64,000 bases of DNA from Candidatus Sulfotelmatobacter sp. GTDB lineage: Bacteria > Acidobacteriota > Terriglobia > Terriglobales > Acidobacteriaceae. A program made the position numbers and the translations under genes. A model generated the notes under the pieces. It was given only the letters and a program-made list of their open reading frames with translations, was not told where the DNA came from and did not search any database. Shown here one piece after another: positions 60,528 through 64,000 of the stretch (within the stretch, counting starts at the first letter, position 1; each line of letters begins with the position of its first letter). The DNA lies in assembly GCA_017883385.1 (NCBI GenBank), contig JADGNQ010000013.1:6083-70082 (forward strand). Direction: 5' to 3'.

Positions 60528-61403
60528 GTGAGGGTCAACGTGCCAAAGGTCGCTTCCGCGCGCCGTCCGCAAACCAAGCCTAAATTGGGACAGCATTTTC
60601 TGGCCAGCGAAGACGTTGCTGAGCGCGTCGTCGACGCTTTGGGCGACGTGTCGCAGAGTACTGTGCTTGAAATCGGCCCGGGACGAGGCATTCTGACTTC
60701 TCTGCTAGCTAAGCGAACGCGGCGATTGATCGCGGTGGAACTCGATCGGGTGCTGACGGCGCAGCTTCGGCTGAAGTTCGGCATGGCGCGGAATGTGGAG
60801 ATCATCGAGGCAGACATCCTGGCGATTGACTTCGACTCTCTTTTCGGACCGAAACCGGGGCTCAGCCGTCCCGGAATTGAGATCAAACCTGAGCGGGTGA
60901 ACGTGGTGGGCAATCTTCCTTACCACATTACGTCCGACATTCTGCTGCGGCTGTTTGAGTTTTCGAAATACTTCGAGAGCATTGTGATTATGGTGCAGCG
61001 CGAGGTTGCGGACCGGATCGCAGCGGAGCCGGGGGGCCGTGACTACGGAATGCTCTCGGCTACGGCGCAGTTGTATGCCCGAGTAGAAAACCTGTTTACA
61101 CTGCCGCCGGGTGCGTTTGTGCCGCCGCCGAAGGTGCATTCGTCGGTGTTGCGGTTGACGATCGACCCGCGGCAGGAAAAGTTGGGCGTGGTTGGCGATG
61201 GGTTCATCGATTTTCTGCGGCTTTCGTTTGGGCAAAAGCGCAAGACGCTATGGAATAACCTGAAGGCAAAGTATGAGGGAGCAGAGTTGAAGCGGGCTCT
61301 GGCTGAGGCCAACGTGAAGGGCACGGCGCGGGCCGAGACGCTGAGCCTGGAAGAAAGCGCGGCCATTTTTCGCGCCTTGCGTAACGCCAACGGCGGCTCG
61401 TAG
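60528..61403 (+). CDS. rsmA: 16S rRNA (adenine1518/1519-N6)-dimethyltransferase RsmA/KsgA
   Basis: KLGQHFL, VLEIGPGRGILT and GNLPYHITS are present. The GTG start may be 60528 or 60540. Confidence 0.9.
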   Translation: MRVNVPKVASARRPQTKPKLGQHFLASEDVAERVVDALGDVSQSTVLEIGPGRGILTSLLAKRTRRLIAVELDRVLTAQLRLKFGMARNVEIIEADILAIDFDSLFGPKPGLSRPGIEIKPERVNVVGNLPYHITSDILLRLFEFSKYFESIVIMVQREVADRIAAEPGGRDYGMLSATAQLYARVENLFTLPPGAFVPPPKVHSSVLRLTIDPRQEKLGVVGDGFIDFLRLSFGQKRKTLWNNLKAKYEGAELKRALAEANVKGTARAETLSLEESAAIFRALRNANGGS

Positions 61404-61471
61404 CATTGGCTTGCAGGTCTTGACGCAGCGCCGCTTGGTGCTGTGCGCCCGGCTCACCGAACGGAGGGCCT

Positions 61472-62293
61472 ATGGCTACTACGATTCTTCGTCATCCCGC
61501 GGTCGCGGGACGGTTTTACCCGCGTGATCCCGAAGATCTGCGCGCGGAAGTGCGCGGCTATCTCTCCCAATCTGTGACGCAAGCTCCGGTACGCGCCCTG
61601 GGGTGCATCGCTCCGCATGCGGGATATGTGTATTCCGGACACGTGGCGGGGGCGGTATTTGCGCGGGTGGAGATTCCACGGCGGTGCATTGTGATGTGTC
61701 CCAACCATACGGGGATGGGGCGCGCTCTGGCCACGATGAGCGAAGGGGTATGGGAGACGCCGCTGGGCGAGGTCCCGATTGATGCCGAACTTGCCGCGGC
61801 CCTGAAGGAACGGCTCCCAGCTTTGGAGGATGACCCGGCAGCACATCGCGCCGAGCACGCCGCGGAGGTGGAACTTCCCTTCCTGCAGGAGCGTCAACCG
61901 GAACTAAGGTTCGTGCCCATCGCTTTGGGAACGGGACGGTTTGAGATTCTGGAACAACTTGGCACGGCTCTGGCTGACGTCATTGCGGCGCAGAAAGACT
62001 CCATTCTGATCGTGGCTTCGAGCGACATGAATCACTACGAGTCCGACGCGGCAACGCGGGTGAAGGACCATCGAGCGATTGAGCGAATTCTCACGCTCGA
62101 TCCGCGAGGGCTCTTTGACGTGGTGACGCAGCAAGACATCAGCATGTGCGGCTACGGGCCGGCGGTGGCGATGTTGACTGCGGCTCGACAGTTGGGCGCA
62201 AAGTCGGCTGAACTGGTGAAGTATGCGACCTCAGGAGACGTCTCGGGGGACCGGGACATGGTGGTGGGGTATGCGGGGGTCGTGGTGGTGTGA
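61472..62293 (+). CDS. Memo-like protein (AmmeMemoRadiSam system protein B family)
   Basis: VAGRFYP near the N-terminus and IAPHAGYVYSG are present. GGAGGG Shine-Dalgarno. Confidence 0.8.
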   Translation: MATTILRHPAVAGRFYPRDPEDLRAEVRGYLSQSVTQAPVRALGCIAPHAGYVYSGHVAGAVFARVEIPRRCIVMCPNHTGMGRALATMSEGVWETPLGEVPIDAELAAALKERLPALEDDPAAHRAEHAAEVELPFLQERQPELRFVPIALGTGRFEILEQLGTALADVIAAQKDSILIVASSDMNHYESDAATRVKDHRAIERILTLDPRGLFDVVTQQDISMCGYGPAVAMLTAARQLGAKSAELVKYATSGDVSGDRDMVVGYAGVVVV

Positions 62294-62517
62294 TTTGAGC
62301 GGATGGATTGGATTTGTGGTGGTTGCCGCCGGGGCTTCGCCCAGGCGGGACAGCCGAGGCGCCTGTCCCCAAATGAGCATTTCTCATCTTCCAGAAAACC
62401 CTAAGAAAACCAGTAAACATCGGCGTTCCCGGGCATTTTATCAAGTACATCGGTAACTTTCACCCCCCTCCGGCGGCCATTAACCTTGTCAGAGAGTTTG
62501 CTTGGGGAGGACTGTTC

Positions 62518-63222
62518 ATGGGTGATCGTTACTGGCTCTGGGTAGGGGCGCGTCTGCTCGTAGGCGTGGCAATTATTGCCTGGGCGTTAAGTTATCTGGG
62601 GACGGGCAGCGGGGAAAAAGAGTTTCAGAAAACGCTGCAGGCGATGAAGCAGGTGCACAGCTTCCGCGTGGCCTCCACGTCGAACCCTGGAATGCAACAC
62701 AATGAAATGCTCTGGGAGGTCGACTGCGACCGCGACCTGCTGCACTACCAGTGGCACCTGGTGGTTACCAGTAGCAATCCTCCGACGGAAATGAACCGGG
62801 ACGAGATAACTGTGGCTGGCCGCGAGTATGACCGCCAGAGCGACGGTTCGTGGACCTCACCCAAATACGCGAGCAGGGGTAGCGGCTCGGCGAAATGGTA
62901 TTGCGGCACCCTGGCCCAAGGCACCGACAGCAACCTGTTGCCGCAGATTGCCACCATGATCCGGCGGGGCATCATTCAGAAGGGCGATAAGAAGACCGTG
63001 AACGGCGTCCGCTGCCGCGAGTGGCTGGTCGCAATGAGGGGCGCCCCCAGCGGCCTGGAGCACGATACGGTGTGCCTGGGGCTCGCAGATCATCTTCCCT
63101 ATGAGATGACGGTGGACTGGGAGCACGCTCACGCCACATTCTCCGATTACAACACACCCATCCACATTGACGTGCCGGAGGCGGCTCTCCAGTCGACCAG
63201 CGCGAATGATGGATCAAGATAA
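62518..63222 (+). CDS. Hypothetical membrane-anchored protein
   Basis: Strong Shine-Dalgarno (GGGGAGGA). There is one N-terminal TM helix, then a soluble domain with no motif I recognise. Confidence 0.6.
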   Translation: MGDRYWLWVGARLLVGVAIIAWALSYLGTGSGEKEFQKTLQAMKQVHSFRVASTSNPGMQHNEMLWEVDCDRDLLHYQWHLVVTSSNPPTEMNRDEITVAGREYDRQSDGSWTSPKYASRGSGSAKWYCGTLAQGTDSNLLPQIATMIRRGIIQKGDKKTVNGVRCREWLVAMRGAPSGLEHDTVCLGLADHLPYEMTVDWEHAHATFSDYNTPIHIDVPEAALQSTSANDGSR

Positions 63223-63244
63223 GAGCAGTTTGGAGACTCCTTTC

Positions 63245-64000
63245 ATGAATCGAGCATTGCATCCTATAACCGGGAAGTCCGTGGGCATTCGCTGCGCATG
63301 CGAGTGGGCGATCGCCATCGTGTTGTGCCTAGCCGCGTGGGGCACGCCCCTGCGAGCTCAGCAAAGCAACTCCCTGGCCGACGCGGCGCGGCAGGCGCGC
63401 ACGCAGAAGCAAGTGCCGCCGCAGGCCAGCGACAATCAGGCGCAGCATATCGCCGATCAGTTGTCAGAGGATCAGAACAGCGGCGATGCACCGGGCGGGT
63501 TCAAGGCCTACAATGCCGGAGATTACAAGGTTTGGGTTCCGGCTCCGTTTACTGTGGACGGGCGCGACGACGGAGGAACCGTGGTCACGGGGCCATCGGT
63601 GGGCAGCAAGCGTGCCGTGGTCCTGTTGGGAACTCCCATTGTCTTCCGGTGGGGAAACAGCGATGCTGCTTTCCACGACGCCGCCACTCAGTTCGCCAGC
63701 CTCTACCTTGACTCCCCGAAATGCACCAAGACGAAGGTTCGCGATCACGATGCGTATCAATGCGGCTTGGCGGGAGCCCATCTGATGGGACGCAATGTCA
63801 GCGGCAACGCCATGTTTGTTCGGGTTTCGGATGCCATCTATCCAATTTTCTGCACCGCCCCGACCGACAGCCACGAGCGCGATATCATCAACGACCCGCA
63901 CTCCAGCTATGAGGACAAGTTGTACGCCCGCAGGGCGTTGGATCGCGAAGAACAGGATGTGAGGAGCGTCTGGCAAAAATGCGACACAGTCTTTCAGTCG
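63245..64000 (+). CDS. Hypothetical secreted protein, 5' part only (continues past the window end)
   Basis: My own translation from ATG 63245 gives MNRALHPITGKSVGIRCACEWAIAIVLCLAAWGTPLRAQQ... The frame is open for 252 codons to the window edge. It is absent from the track because no stop lies within the window. Confidence 0.55.
   Translation, partial: MNRALHPITGKSVGIRCACEWAIAIVLCLAAWGTPLRAQQSNSLADAARQARTQKQVPPQASDNQAQHIADQLSEDQNSGDAPGGFKAYNAGDYKVWVPAPFTVDGRDDGGTVVTGPSVGSKRAVVLLGTPIVFRWGNSDAAFHDAATQFASLYLDSPKCTKTKVRDHDAYQCGLAGAHLMGRNVSGNAMFVRVSDAIYPIFCTAPTDSHERDIINDPHSSYEDKLYARRALDREEQDVRSVWQKCDTVFQS

Overview
This is a GC-rich bacterial chromosomal segment. Its gene content and repeat content look most like an Acidobacteriota (Terriglobia-like) genome, but that is inference only, since no search was possible. 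I count about 55 protein-coding genes, tightly packed on both strands. By eye I found no rRNA, tRNA, CRISPR array, transposase or integrase.

The coding content is a housekeeping and envelope mosaic:
- ftsY, ribD-ribE and mobA, plus an orphan MlaF-like ABC ATPase.
- A zinc-ribbon/PilZ protein, a BON lipoprotein, and a czcCBA-type heavy-metal RND efflux operon.
- A c-type cytochrome, then prepilin peptidase followed by a PAS pseudo-kinase and a secreted coiled-coil protein.
- A TetR regulator, an RluA-family pseudouridine synthase, an OmpA-family lipoprotein, vapBC and uvrC.
- A TolB-like protein, an MscS-like channel, an SDR, a BadF-type kinase, SSS and APC transporters, and a GxxExxY nuclease-fold protein.
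- A TonB-like protein, an M48-like protease and two FtsX permeases.
- glgC and, 12 kb away, glgA, plus a polytopic sulfatase-like enzyme.
- A DnaQ-like exonuclease translationally coupled to a cNMP/CBS/DUF294 nucleotidyltransferase.
- A tricorn-like protease, dinB, rsmA and a Memo-like protein.

The most unusual layer is non-coding:
- At least four families of short palindromic MITE/REP-like repeats (called R1-R4 here) fill many intergenic spacers. One R1 copy lies in frame inside uvrC.
- A perfect heptanucleotide microsatellite abuts the start codon of the ABC ATPase gene.
- A perfect CRP-type palindrome sits upstream of the cytochrome c gene.

I did not find a convincing multi-gene novel system such as a defence island. 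The best candidates for under-described biology are the repeat families and their in-frame insertion, the DUF294-exonuclease pair, and the pilD / pseudo-kinase / coiled-coil trio.

Many long ORFs in the supplied track are antisense shadow ORFs or over-extended N-termini. All family calls rest on motifs recognised by eye; no homology search was run.
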